Assembly: GCA_044892525.1 (NCBI GenBank) | Contig: CM097885.1 | Location: forward strand, 214,148,001 to 214,212,000 | Length of the DNA: 64,000 nucleotides | DNA from: Schmidtea polychroa | Taxonomy: Eukaryota | Direction: 5' to 3' | Shown: positions 14,593-23,837 of the stretch, piece after piece | Layout: the number at the start of each line of letters is the position of its first letter | Position numbering within the stretch: the stretch's first letter is position 1 | Made by a program: the position numbers and the translations under genes | Notes under the pieces: generated by a model | Seen by the model: only the letters and a program-made list of their open reading frames with translations | What the model was told of the DNA's origin: nothing | Database searches by the model: none

Positions 14593-17500
14593 TGTTGGCG
14601 TATGTGGGGGAAAAAAAAATATATAGGCATGATTATCATACACATCGGGTGTCATTATTCTACTCAGATCATTCCCTCACGCACTCCAAATGATCATTCG
14701 CATATTCCCACATATGAGCCCGTGGTGATGTTCCACGTTGGTACTGCTCACACGGGTTGGGAAGAGTTAGCAGGTGAGCCCCTGCCTTAGGACTACTCCT
14801 AACCCTTTCTCGGTTCGGGTTCTACGGTGCCATAGAAGGTCTTACCCATTCTTTACGCATCATTCGGTCCGACCCTGGTCCAAAGGGTACGACATTTAAG
14901 TTTCTACTATATTTTCGTGATCCTTCTCTCATGCAATTCAACCGTAGCAAGTCATACATACAATTTACACAATCAAAGAAAAATCGAACAGTTATATTAG
15001 AACGGAACATCAAACTACATTCAATATTGTTTAAATAAATACAAAAAAACATTAAAGATTAGTCACGAGATAACGTCGCTTCTTCGAGTTCGTTAGTAAT
15101 AGCAGGGGAATCGAGACCCGAGAGAGAATTGGCTACGAGAATGCTTCTCCTTCTGCGAGCATCTCGTCGATGTCAACGGGCAACCGGCGGTCTTCAAGGA
15201 ATTTAATACTGCCGGCCGGAACTACCCGGAATACTTCCTTTGTAGGAATGGAATGGGTAACTGTAATTTCCTTGATAGTTGCTTTGGCCACAGATAACGA
15301 TGCTTCGAGCGCGGCCATGGCATTTCTACGCTTCTGATTTTTTTCAGAACGCGTCAGCCGCTTACGCTTTCGATGGGGAAATGTAGCTTCTGCTGGGGAC
15401 TGAAGGAGGTGTGGCACGAGTACTGGAGCCAAGATAGGGTCCGATGAACCGCCAGCCATAGGTCGATGGCCCGAAAGAACTGGGGCGGGAATTGGCGGCA
15501 TTTGTGGGCCATGCCCTTTACAACTGGATGTTGATGAGGTTTCAGCTAATTTGTGGTGCATTGGGAACACGTTAGTCCCATCTTGTATCGGGTACTCGCG
15601 AACTCGCTTCGCTAGTTCTGATTCGGAATACACCTTGTGCAGTGCCTCTGATTGGGCCTTTATGGTTAGCCTCTGGCACCTGCTTTCTTCCAGGAGACTG
15701 TCACGGCAGTGCTCCAAACGCAGAATCTTGCTCTTCTCCTCCTTCATTTGTGGTGGGGAGAACCACGTTCCCTCATAGAGGTCAATTCTCTTCTTCAATT
15801 CCCCGATGTACAAGTGGAGCTGTGCGATATCGGCATTTTTATCAGCACAGGAGAAGCAAGGTCTGAGGGTTTTCCCGGAACTGGTTGAGGTATTCATCTA
15901 AATCGTTAAGGAATTGTTATTTTTAAATTAAAAATTTACTGGGGTATTATTCATATTTTCGGAAAACGAAATGTAAGATTTCCCCGACCAAGTTATCCAA
16001 GAGTGGCCTACCAATCTACCCCGTCGGCAATTACCCACCTTCATACAATCTCAAACATCCAAACTAACCCATGTAATCATTACTACTTTATGAGAAGAAA
16101 ACGGGATTCATGAAAACAATTCATTATGCTAGCTTTTAGGTATACTTTTTGGGTTTGACTATCTTCAACTACTGCATGACTGTTACTTCGTTACTATGAA
16201 CGCTATTATCTTAATTATCGTTATTACATTTTAACAATTATATTTTACTCATTTTGCTGCTACGTCGTTAGATTCTACGCGTGCTATATGATGAACGGAA
16301 AATCGGCAATTACCGGGACACCCCGTCTTGTATGTAGACCCCTCGGGTTTGTAAGAAAATCATAATACCCTCGCTTAAATTGTTATCATGGATTATAATT
16401 TAGTTATTTCAATTTAACGCCATAAACATCGTCATAGTGACGCTTAAATCGGGCGCAGTTATGTGTTCATTTGCTTGTCTATCTATACCGTCAACTATCG
16501 ACGGGTTCGTTACGATGCATGTTGGTGCATTTAACTAGCGACTTGCACACTGACACAAAAAATTTCTCGTCGCATCGCCATGTTCTCTGACGCAATCCAG
16601 TGGTCTACTAGCCGATACAAGTTTACGACTCTCTCCCTATGATTAGGTAATGATGATATCCACATGTGCACTGTGACCTAATCTGAGTGTGATGCATGCG
16701 TACATGTGGGCGAGCGATTAATAGAGGTAGAGTTGTAGAGAGATGCTCTAGTTGAGACGGGTACTCAGTTGGTGTGTCCAAAACTCAAGAAATTCGATTG
16801 TGTGGGTGACTTGCGGATTCAGTAGATAAAAATTACTCTATATTCTGGATTTTCGATATTAGGTCGACTCACGATAAGACCACTCAATACACTCGATCGA
16901 CTGCCGCCTTCTCAATCAACTCGTTCGATGACTTTATCAAATTATCAGCCGATTTTCCCCGTCGGAAACTTATCTGGCCATGGGCAACTAATGATTCTCC
17001 TATCGCTATTGATATCTTCACTCGGACTCACGGCAAGTGATTTATTTCCTTATCAAAAAATTTGTTTACTTTCCCCTTTTAGACGAGCCGCTGTCAACGT
17101 CAAACCAAACTTTATCAGATATTCAATGTCAAGCTAAAGTCTAAATTAGTAAATGAATGGGTTTACTCGCTAGTGTCCCGGCAATGTACCTCTCGGGGTT
17201 CAATTTTTAAGTGCTTAGCGGATCTTCCAGTGAAAACTCTAACAATTCATCGCCCATCCCTACTCAGACATCTATCAATATTCGACGGAAAAGCAAATTT
17301 TCCTAACAACAACGAACTACTGATCTCAATCCGAAAAATTGTCTCCGACTTTGGAAATTTACATTATTTATTCTGGAACTTCAGCGTGACTTCATAAAAG
17401 AAAACGAAAGATCCTCTATCAGATCGCGCTCGATGTGAGAAATTTTACTTTCAACAGTATTCCACCTGCGGAGTCTCCTCACCCCTCATGACCCACCCAA

Positions 17501-18776
17501 GAAGGCAATCATCTCTGCCGCCGTTCTTGCATCGTCGTGAGGGACCGTTTGACTCGTCTTTCACAAAATCAACATTTAATATACAATTTATGAATAATAA
17601 AATGAATGAATGAATCAAATAGTAGCAAATGAATCAGTAAAAATAAATGGATCAATAAAGCTCACCCGGCGACCCTATCATTTGGACTCCAAGTATGATG
17701 TTATTCATTCCACACAACCGCAGCCTCATCATAACCTTGGTAGATCTCTCACATGATAAATATCCTTCTCTGCAAATATCACATCCTCATTTTCAGCATC
17801 TTCGGGATTTCTTATGAGGGTCAACCTTCCCACTGTTGTGTTCTCTGCCGTGGTACATTTCCAACTCATCCACATCATACTGGGAGCTCTCAGATGGTAC
17901 AGTCGCCGGCACCATGAAGAAAAGGCCATTTGTATTTCAATAAATTTATTTTACGAAATGAGTTTTGTCTTTCATCATTAATAAATTAACTAATACATAT
18001 AAATCAATCGGCCTACCGATAGTTTCAAAAACTGGAACGAAATCGAGTTTAAACTGGTTTCAAATTAATTGAAGGTAAATTCTGAAAATCTCTCGAATTA
18101 GCGTTTGCGATTCTAGTCCTGAATTCGGTGAAATATCTGAAGTCTATGCTCTGTAATCGTGAAAAATTAAAAGTGGTTTTAAGTTTTTCTAAAATTTACC
18201 TGTAATCGTGAAAAATTAAAAGTGGTTGTCGTCTAATTTTTCACGTTACATATATAGTATTTTTCGTCCAATCAGGACGCTACCTGCTTGTATTTTTACT
18301 ATTTATTATTATTTTTCTGTTTTTTATTATAATATATTAGATTTTTAATGACTTAACTTATTTCTTATTATTATTTTATTTATTTTCCTATTTTTATTAT
18401 TTTCCTCCTATTTTTCTTGTAGGTTTATTGCTACTTTATTGTAATATAATTTTTTTGTTTTAATTAGACTTAAAGATAGTTTTATTTTTTATTTATTTCT
18501 TAAATTTCTCTTTTATTTGTTGTCACTTTTTTACTTATTCTATTCTATTTCATCTGCTGGGTCCTAAATCGCTTTATTTCCAAATCTCAAGGGGTTTATT
18601 GGATTTTATTTAGTTTGTTTACTTATTCTTATTCTTTTATTGATATTTTATTGTTCCTTTTTGATTTATTAGCGAGAATTTGATGGTACTTTATTTTTTT
18701 ATTTTATTTCGTTTATTTTTCAAAGATTACTTTTCTATTCGCTCCAGTTTTCGAAACTCCACGTTTTAGCCCAACA
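14593..18776 (-). repeat. 3' LTR (4,184 bp)
   Basis: TGTTGG...CCAACA; direct repeat of 41155..45338 at offset 26,562. Confidence 0.97.
15133..15897 (-). CDS. LTR-encoded 254-aa protein (CxxC, coiled coil, basic NLS-like stretch), 3' LTR copy
   Basis: ATG-started ORF, identical protein in both LTRs; amino-acid-level conservation with the decayed homolog at 60381..61143. Confidence 0.75.
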   Translation of the reverse strand: MNTSTSSGKTLRPCFSCADKNADIAQLHLYIGELKKRIDLYEGTWFSPPQMKEEKSKILRLEHCRDSLLEESRCQRLTIKAQSEALHKVYSESELAKRVREYPIQDGTNVFPMHHKLAETSSTSSCKGHGPQMPPIPAPVLSGHRPMAGGSSDPILAPVLVPHLLQSPAEATFPHRKRKRLTRSEKNQKRRNAMAALEASLSVAKATIKEITVTHSIPTKEVFRVVPAGSIKFLEDRRLPVDIDEMLAEGEAFS

Positions 18777-19007
18777 AATCACTCCGGGGCCCGTTAAAAT
18801 TGCGCCCCGCAATTCACATAATATCATACGTTTAAATCATACCTTTTTTCGGCATAACAACTAATTTCACGATCATCATTCACACAAACATAAAATTAAA
18901 ATGACTAAATAATACTTTAATTAAACAGATAAAAGGACAAATATAAGCAAGCAGTGGCCACTTTAGGTGACCGGATTTATACACACAAAGTTTATGAATG
19001 GTCGATG

Positions 19008-19643
19008 TCACATGATCTCAAGGTTCGGAATGTTATTACTGTCTTGGTTGGTTGAATTCTGGGTCGGATGGCTGGTTGAAGTTGTTATCGTGGGGAGCTG
19101 GATTGTAACAGGCATTTGGTCAGGAGATAGATTTTGTTGCATTTGGTCGGGTGGGTTTGGTTGTTGAAAATGTACTGCTCGTTTATGTTTATTTTTCGGT
19201 CGTGGGTTCTTTCTTTCGTGTTTCTCGGATAGTGACTGGTTTCTTCTCCATGTTCGATGAATATCATACGCTTTCCAGATGACTAGTGCGCAGATGATAA
19301 GGGTTTCACTGATGGTAGCATAGAGTAAGACTTGATTTTCTTTTACTTCCTTCTTCACGATGATTTCCTTCAAGGATTGTTGGGTGGTTTGTTCTTGTAA
19401 GAGAATTTCGAGCTGTTCGATTTTTTGGGTTTGTAGGTGGAGTTGCATTTGAAGTTTTTGCCAGACGGCTTTGTTCCAGCATTGCTTCGGGATGTTGTTG
19501 GAGAGCTTTCTTTCGCTTTTCAGTTTGGTTAACGGGTTTTGCTGTTTCTCGGGATTCTCCCAGAATGTTGGGATTGGCTGCATCATGGGTATTCCGTTTA
19601 TCGCTATCATCATTATTGTCACCAGGGTTGTTCCGAACCACAT
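19008..19643 (-). CDS. 211-aa putative type I membrane protein
   Basis: N-terminal hydrophobic MWFGTTLVTIMMIAING, coiled coil (LQLQTQKIEQLEILLQEQ), TM VLLYATISETLIICALVIW, polar tail. Confidence 0.75.
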   Translation of the reverse strand: MWFGTTLVTIMMIAINGIPMMQPIPTFWENPEKQQNPLTKLKSERKLSNNIPKQCWNKAVWQKLQMQLHLQTQKIEQLEILLQEQTTQQSLKEIIVKKEVKENQVLLYATISETLIICALVIWKAYDIHRTWRRNQSLSEKHERKNPRPKNKHKRAVHFQQPNPPDQMQQNLSPDQMPVTIQLPTITTSTSHPTQNSTNQDSNNIPNLEIM

Positions 19644-19698
19644 ACTACTATACGAAAATTTTTATTTACAATTATTTACATTGATCATTCATCTTTAA

Positions 19699-20400
19699 TT
19701 ATTGCCGGGTTTTCTTTTTACGGGTTTTCTCGGATGTTCTCATCACTCTCGTTTCTGCTTTTATTACTCGTTTTCTCCATTCGGGTAGTACTTTTAATTG
19801 TTTGTCTTTTTCGTCTAACTGTTGCTTTAGGGTTATTATTTTTTCTTTTAGTGTTTTTATTTCTTGTGTTGCTCTTTCGAGGTTTTTATGGTTCATTATC
19901 TGTAGAAAATCATTTTCCCTTTCCCCGTCTTCTTCGTTGTCTATTTCCTGGTATTTGTTATTCATTCGTCTCATTATCTCACATTCTTTCTGTTTTCGGT
20001 GTAGTTGGAGTTGTAACTCTTTCAGGCTTTCTTGGTGTTTCCGTGCCTCGGTTTTCCAATAGTCACTAATTACTTCGTCGGCCTTTCGACTGGCCCTCTC
20101 CTGCCATAATTCTTCCGCGATCCTTTCCCAATTTCTCCCTCGCTTTCTTTGCTCGTGAAGCCATTCGTTTTCTTCCTCTACTTCTTTCTTTACTCCTTCT
20201 AACAAGATATATTCTCTTTTCAATACTTTGATCATTTTTCGATTATCTCTCCACCTTTCTACTAATCTTTCGTTTTCCTGTCTCTCTTCTTGTAATTCTT
20301 CCTTGATAGTTTTCTTCCTCTCCACTTCATCAACTTCAATTTCTCCCTCTTCTAACTCGATTATAGATGTTATGATGGGTTGTCCGTTTTCAGTGTTCAT
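19699..20400 (-). CDS. 233-aa coiled-coil protein
   Basis: Long ATG ORF, E/K/R-rich heptads, basic C-terminus; co-oriented in the element's 3' cassette. Confidence 0.8.
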   Translation of the reverse strand: MNTENGQPIITSIIELEEGEIEVDEVERKKTIKEELQEERQENERLVERWRDNRKMIKVLKREYILLEGVKKEVEEENEWLHEQRKRGRNWERIAEELWQERASRKADEVISDYWKTEARKHQESLKELQLQLHRKQKECEIMRRMNNKYQEIDNEEDGERENDFLQIMNHKNLERATQEIKTLKEKIITLKQQLDEKDKQLKVLPEWRKRVIKAETRVMRTSEKTRKKKTRQ

Positions 20401-20574
20401 TTTCTATAATATATACATAATTAATAACTGCGCTACAGTGCGGCTTATACTTATATATTTATATGTTATTTTATAATCAGGGTTACAGTCCCTTTCATAC
20501 TTTTACTGTACCATTAATTTTTTTGGTTGGGATACAGGTCCCGATTTTTATATTTTTTATCTTTCCTTTTATCC

Positions 20575-21612
20575 TTATACAAAGGTCTCTTCCTGGCCTA
20601 CATATCCCTCATCGCTTTCTACTGACGTTTGTAATTGGAGTGCGATGGGATCAAATGGGATGTAGTACCGGGGAATCTGCGCTCTAAGTTCTTGCACTTC
20701 GTCTCTTAGTGCTCTTGACACGTTAAGTTCCTCGTCCAACAGGTATGTTAGATACCTGGTTTCATCGTCTCTTACCTCTATCTGTTTTTCTAGCTCTTCC
20801 GCTTTTTCGCCGTTTTCCCATTTCTTGATCTCTATCTCCAGATTTTTAAGATTTTCGTTATACATTTTCCTTTCGTTTTCTAACTTTTTGTTTTTCCCCG
20901 CCAGTACCATATTTCTCTGCTCCAGAGCTCCTTGGTATCCGTTGACATCTCGTTCTAGTTCTGCGACCTTATTTACCAGTTCCACGAGTCGTCCTGACTG
21001 TTGAAGTATCAGTTCTTCCATTGCGGCATTCTCGTGCTCCCTTATGGAGATTTTCATGGCTAGATGTCTTTCAAATTCCATGGCTTTGGTCTGCCATGTT
21101 TGGCTTCGGGCCGCAATCTTTCTGAGCCGTTTCAGTTCTTCTCTTATGACCAGATTTTCCTCCCATTTGCCTTGTTCGCTTTCGTATTCTAATCTCATAG
21201 GCAATTCTTTCATTTCTTTTTTCATCTCTTTGTTCTGCCGCTTCCAGTTTCGGGCTTCTGCCAATAGGTGATTCATTTTCCTTCCTTCCTTTTGTTTTTC
21301 TGCTTCTCGTTTTGTGTTTTCGTCCGTCAATCGTTTCCGTGCTTCCTGCACTAACTGTTTTAAATAGTGGCTGTGTGCTTCTTGGCGAGTGTTTTCCAAT
21401 GATGCCCACTTAGAGGCTCTTTTGCATGCTTCTGCTTCGGCTCTTAAATTGTTTATTAACCACTGATATTTGTTATTCTCGTATTCCCTGGCCTCTTCGA
21501 GATGGTTGTGGGTCTGGTTCGTCAATTGTAACATTACTTTGACCCATTTTCCCTTATGGATTTTATTGACTTTGGTTTCGTGGTTTGGGGCTTCAGTTCC
21601 TTCTTGTGTCAT
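20575..21612 (-). CDS. 345-aa coiled-coil protein
   Basis: Long ATG ORF, almost entirely predicted helical coiled coil. Confidence 0.82.
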   Translation of the reverse strand: MTQEGTEAPNHETKVNKIHKGKWVKVMLQLTNQTHNHLEEAREYENNKYQWLINNLRAEAEACKRASKWASLENTRQEAHSHYLKQLVQEARKRLTDENTKREAEKQKEGRKMNHLLAEARNWKRQNKEMKKEMKELPMRLEYESEQGKWEENLVIREELKRLRKIAARSQTWQTKAMEFERHLAMKISIREHENAAMEELILQQSGRLVELVNKVAELERDVNGYQGALEQRNMVLAGKNKKLENERKMYNENLKNLEIEIKKWENGEKAEELEKQIEVRDDETRYLTYLLDEELNVSRALRDEVQELRAQIPRYYIPFDPIALQLQTSVESDEGYVGQEETFV

Positions 21613-21831
21613 CCTTGTCTAAATAACGATATCATTAACTTAACGTTGTACGCTTATATCTGGTTTATTATTTATTTATTTTTATAATTCGTTATAGGAG
21701 TTGTTTTAGGAGTTTTTCGCTTAAGTTTACCTTTGGTAGATTTGGGGGGAATTTGCTACACTACTATATAATATTTTACTGGATATATACGCCGATATTT
21801 ACAATTAGTATATACAAAATTATTCGTCTCC

Positions 21832-23220
21832 CTACTCAGTCCTACTCTTCCCATCACGCCTCACCGCTATTTTTATGTATATAGTGTCGTTTCTCGTCAT
21901 GTCTTCTACTTTCCGCTGTAGGATGAAATTTGGTGCTCCAGTTGCTGGTCCTTCTTCTTCCAAGGGCCTTTGGTAACATACGAGGTTTCCCGCTGTATGG
22001 AAACTCTGTTCGTGTATACTTTGATAGTTCATCATTGCAAGGTCTATTTTTGCTTTGAATGGCCATTCTATTAACTCGTCGTATGGCCCTTTGCACATCA
22101 AGAAGAATACTGAGAAATGCGTTCCGTATGCACTTCCATCCCCATTGGGGTATGCTTTCATTTTCATTTTATACCCGTTTTTCCATGAGTAGAATGCTGG
22201 ACTTAGTAATGTTGTATCCTTTCCATTTCTCGCTCTCTGCATCTTCTCTTTTATTCCCGTTATTTTCCATATGTACGGAGCCGTTGGTATTAATTCGTTG
22301 AGGTTTAATTCGCTTACTTTTTGATGTAGTTCTTTCACCATAATATTGCTAGTTTCTACTAGATCTGTCTGTATCTTTGTACTTGTTCTCGCCTCTTCAA
22401 ATGCTTCCTTTTCTTCCAATAGTTCTTTTACCAACGCTTTTAGCGAGACTATTTCTCTTTCTAAGTTTTCGGTTTTCCTTTCGTTTTCCTGTACAACCGT
22501 TGACCATATTTCCGCGTGTGTTGATACGTTTTCTGCTAGGTGTTGGGGTAATTCTCCTCGGTGTAATTGTTTCGGACATCCCCATTTTCCTAGCACACAC
22601 GTTATCTTTTTTCTTTCACACTCTTTTAGATGTTGAGCGAGTTTTATTACTCCGGGTTTATCGCATTTGTTGGGACATTCTCCTCTGAATTCTGCGCACA
22701 CTTTCTCCTCTTGTATGTTGTGATGTTGACTGATTAGTTTCTTCCAGGTGTCGTTTTCTCCGCAATACTCGCATTTCTCTAGTCTTTCTTCGCATCGACT
22801 TTGATGTTCTGCTTCTTCATTGACTTTAATCTCTTCTTGGCAACGTTTGCATTGACTGATTTTATACTCACATTGCTCCGTATGTTGCCTCACTTCCCAT
22901 ATCACTCCTCGCCAATTACATGGGGTGTTTTTACATCCTAGGTTTGCATTCAACATATCTTTTACAGCTGCTTTATCTTCGTTTGTATCTCCCAAACTTG
23001 TTATCATTGTTTCTTTGCATACTGGGCACCATTGTGGTCCCTTCTTTATTATCTCCTCTACACATTCTCTGCACATTCTGCATCCACATCTGGTTTGGTG
23101 AGGTTCTCTTAATAAGCTCTTGCATATTCCACACGTTACATGGTTGTGTATTCGAATTGTGGTGGACTTTCTGATTTGTTCAACAATTTCTCTGAATTCT
23201 TCTCGTTGTCGCTTATCCAT
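21832..23220 (-). CDS. TRAF-family protein (RING, TRAF zinc fingers, coiled coil, MATH), intronless, 462 aa
   Basis: RING CGIC...CGCRMCREC...CPVC; TRAF Zn fingers (C..NTPCNW...H...C); MATH motifs YIWKI, SPAFYS..NGYKMKMKAYPNGDG..GTHFSVF, GPYDELIEWPF. Confidence 0.95.
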   Translation of the reverse strand: MDKRQREEFREIVEQIRKSTTIRIHNHVTCGICKSLLREPHQTRCGCRMCRECVEEIIKKGPQWCPVCKETMITSLGDTNEDKAAVKDMLNANLGCKNTPCNWRGVIWEVRQHTEQCEYKISQCKRCQEEIKVNEEAEHQSRCEERLEKCEYCGENDTWKKLISQHHNIQEEKVCAEFRGECPNKCDKPGVIKLAQHLKECERKKITCVLGKWGCPKQLHRGELPQHLAENVSTHAEIWSTVVQENERKTENLEREIVSLKALVKELLEEKEAFEEARTSTKIQTDLVETSNIMVKELHQKVSELNLNELIPTAPYIWKITGIKEKMQRARNGKDTTLLSPAFYSWKNGYKMKMKAYPNGDGSAYGTHFSVFFLMCKGPYDELIEWPFKAKIDLAMMNYQSIHEQSFHTAGNLVCYQRPLEEEGPATGAPNFILQRKVEDMTRNDTIYIKIAVRRDGKSRTE

Positions 23221-23309
23221 TTCTATAATTATATATATACATATATTCGTTACTGGTACAGTTTCGTATTTTTATTTACATTTATTTACATTGCTATTTT
23301 AGGTTATAT

Positions 23310-23669
23310 TTATTGGCTGGAAGAGTCGGCCTCCTGTCCGCCCTCTTCCCTGTTGGTTAACCATTCTGACCAGTCTTCTATCTCCTCTCGCTCCATCTCT
23401 TCCGCGATTCTTATTAACTCCTCTTCTTGCACCTGGCTGTATCGTGATATTCGGTCTATCTCTCGCTGCATTTGTTCTATTTTCATTCGTTGGTCTTCGA
23501 TTATTCTTACATAATTGAAGCCTTTATTTAAACTTTCGACTAAGCTTCTTTGTACAGCGAGTCCTTGTTCCTGTAAATTCGAAATCACTTGAGTTAACAT
23601 TGCACATTGTTGTTTCCACATCTCCTCGGTTGTTGTACTGTGGTTTACTTCCTCGCCTATTCGCTCCAT
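23310..23669 (-). CDS. ~119-aa coiled-coil acidic protein (ORF track begins at a TTG at 23693; first ATG at 23669)
   Basis: Co-oriented ORF between the polyprotein and TRAF; heptad pattern. Confidence 0.65.
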   Translation of the reverse strand: MERIGEEVNHSTTTEEMWKQQCAMLTQVISNLQEQGLAVQRSLVESLNKGFNYVRIIEDQRMKIEQMQREIDRISRYSQVQEEELIRIAEEMEREEIEDWSEWLTNREEGGQEADSSSQ

Positions 23670-23837
23670 TCTTAATTTATATATACTTTTCAATCCTTAT
23701 CTAATTTTATTTTCATATTAATTATCCCCATCATTATATACTATTGATACCGCGCTTATATAAAAATATAGAATACTGTTATATAAATAAATATTTCCTA
23801 CTTACTTTTTACAATCTATATACAGTCATAATCCTTT

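Noticed and set aside
20441-23762. TAAG as a baculovirus late promoter
   Set aside because: Needs a viral RNA polymerase that is not encoded; a TATA-like reading is simpler
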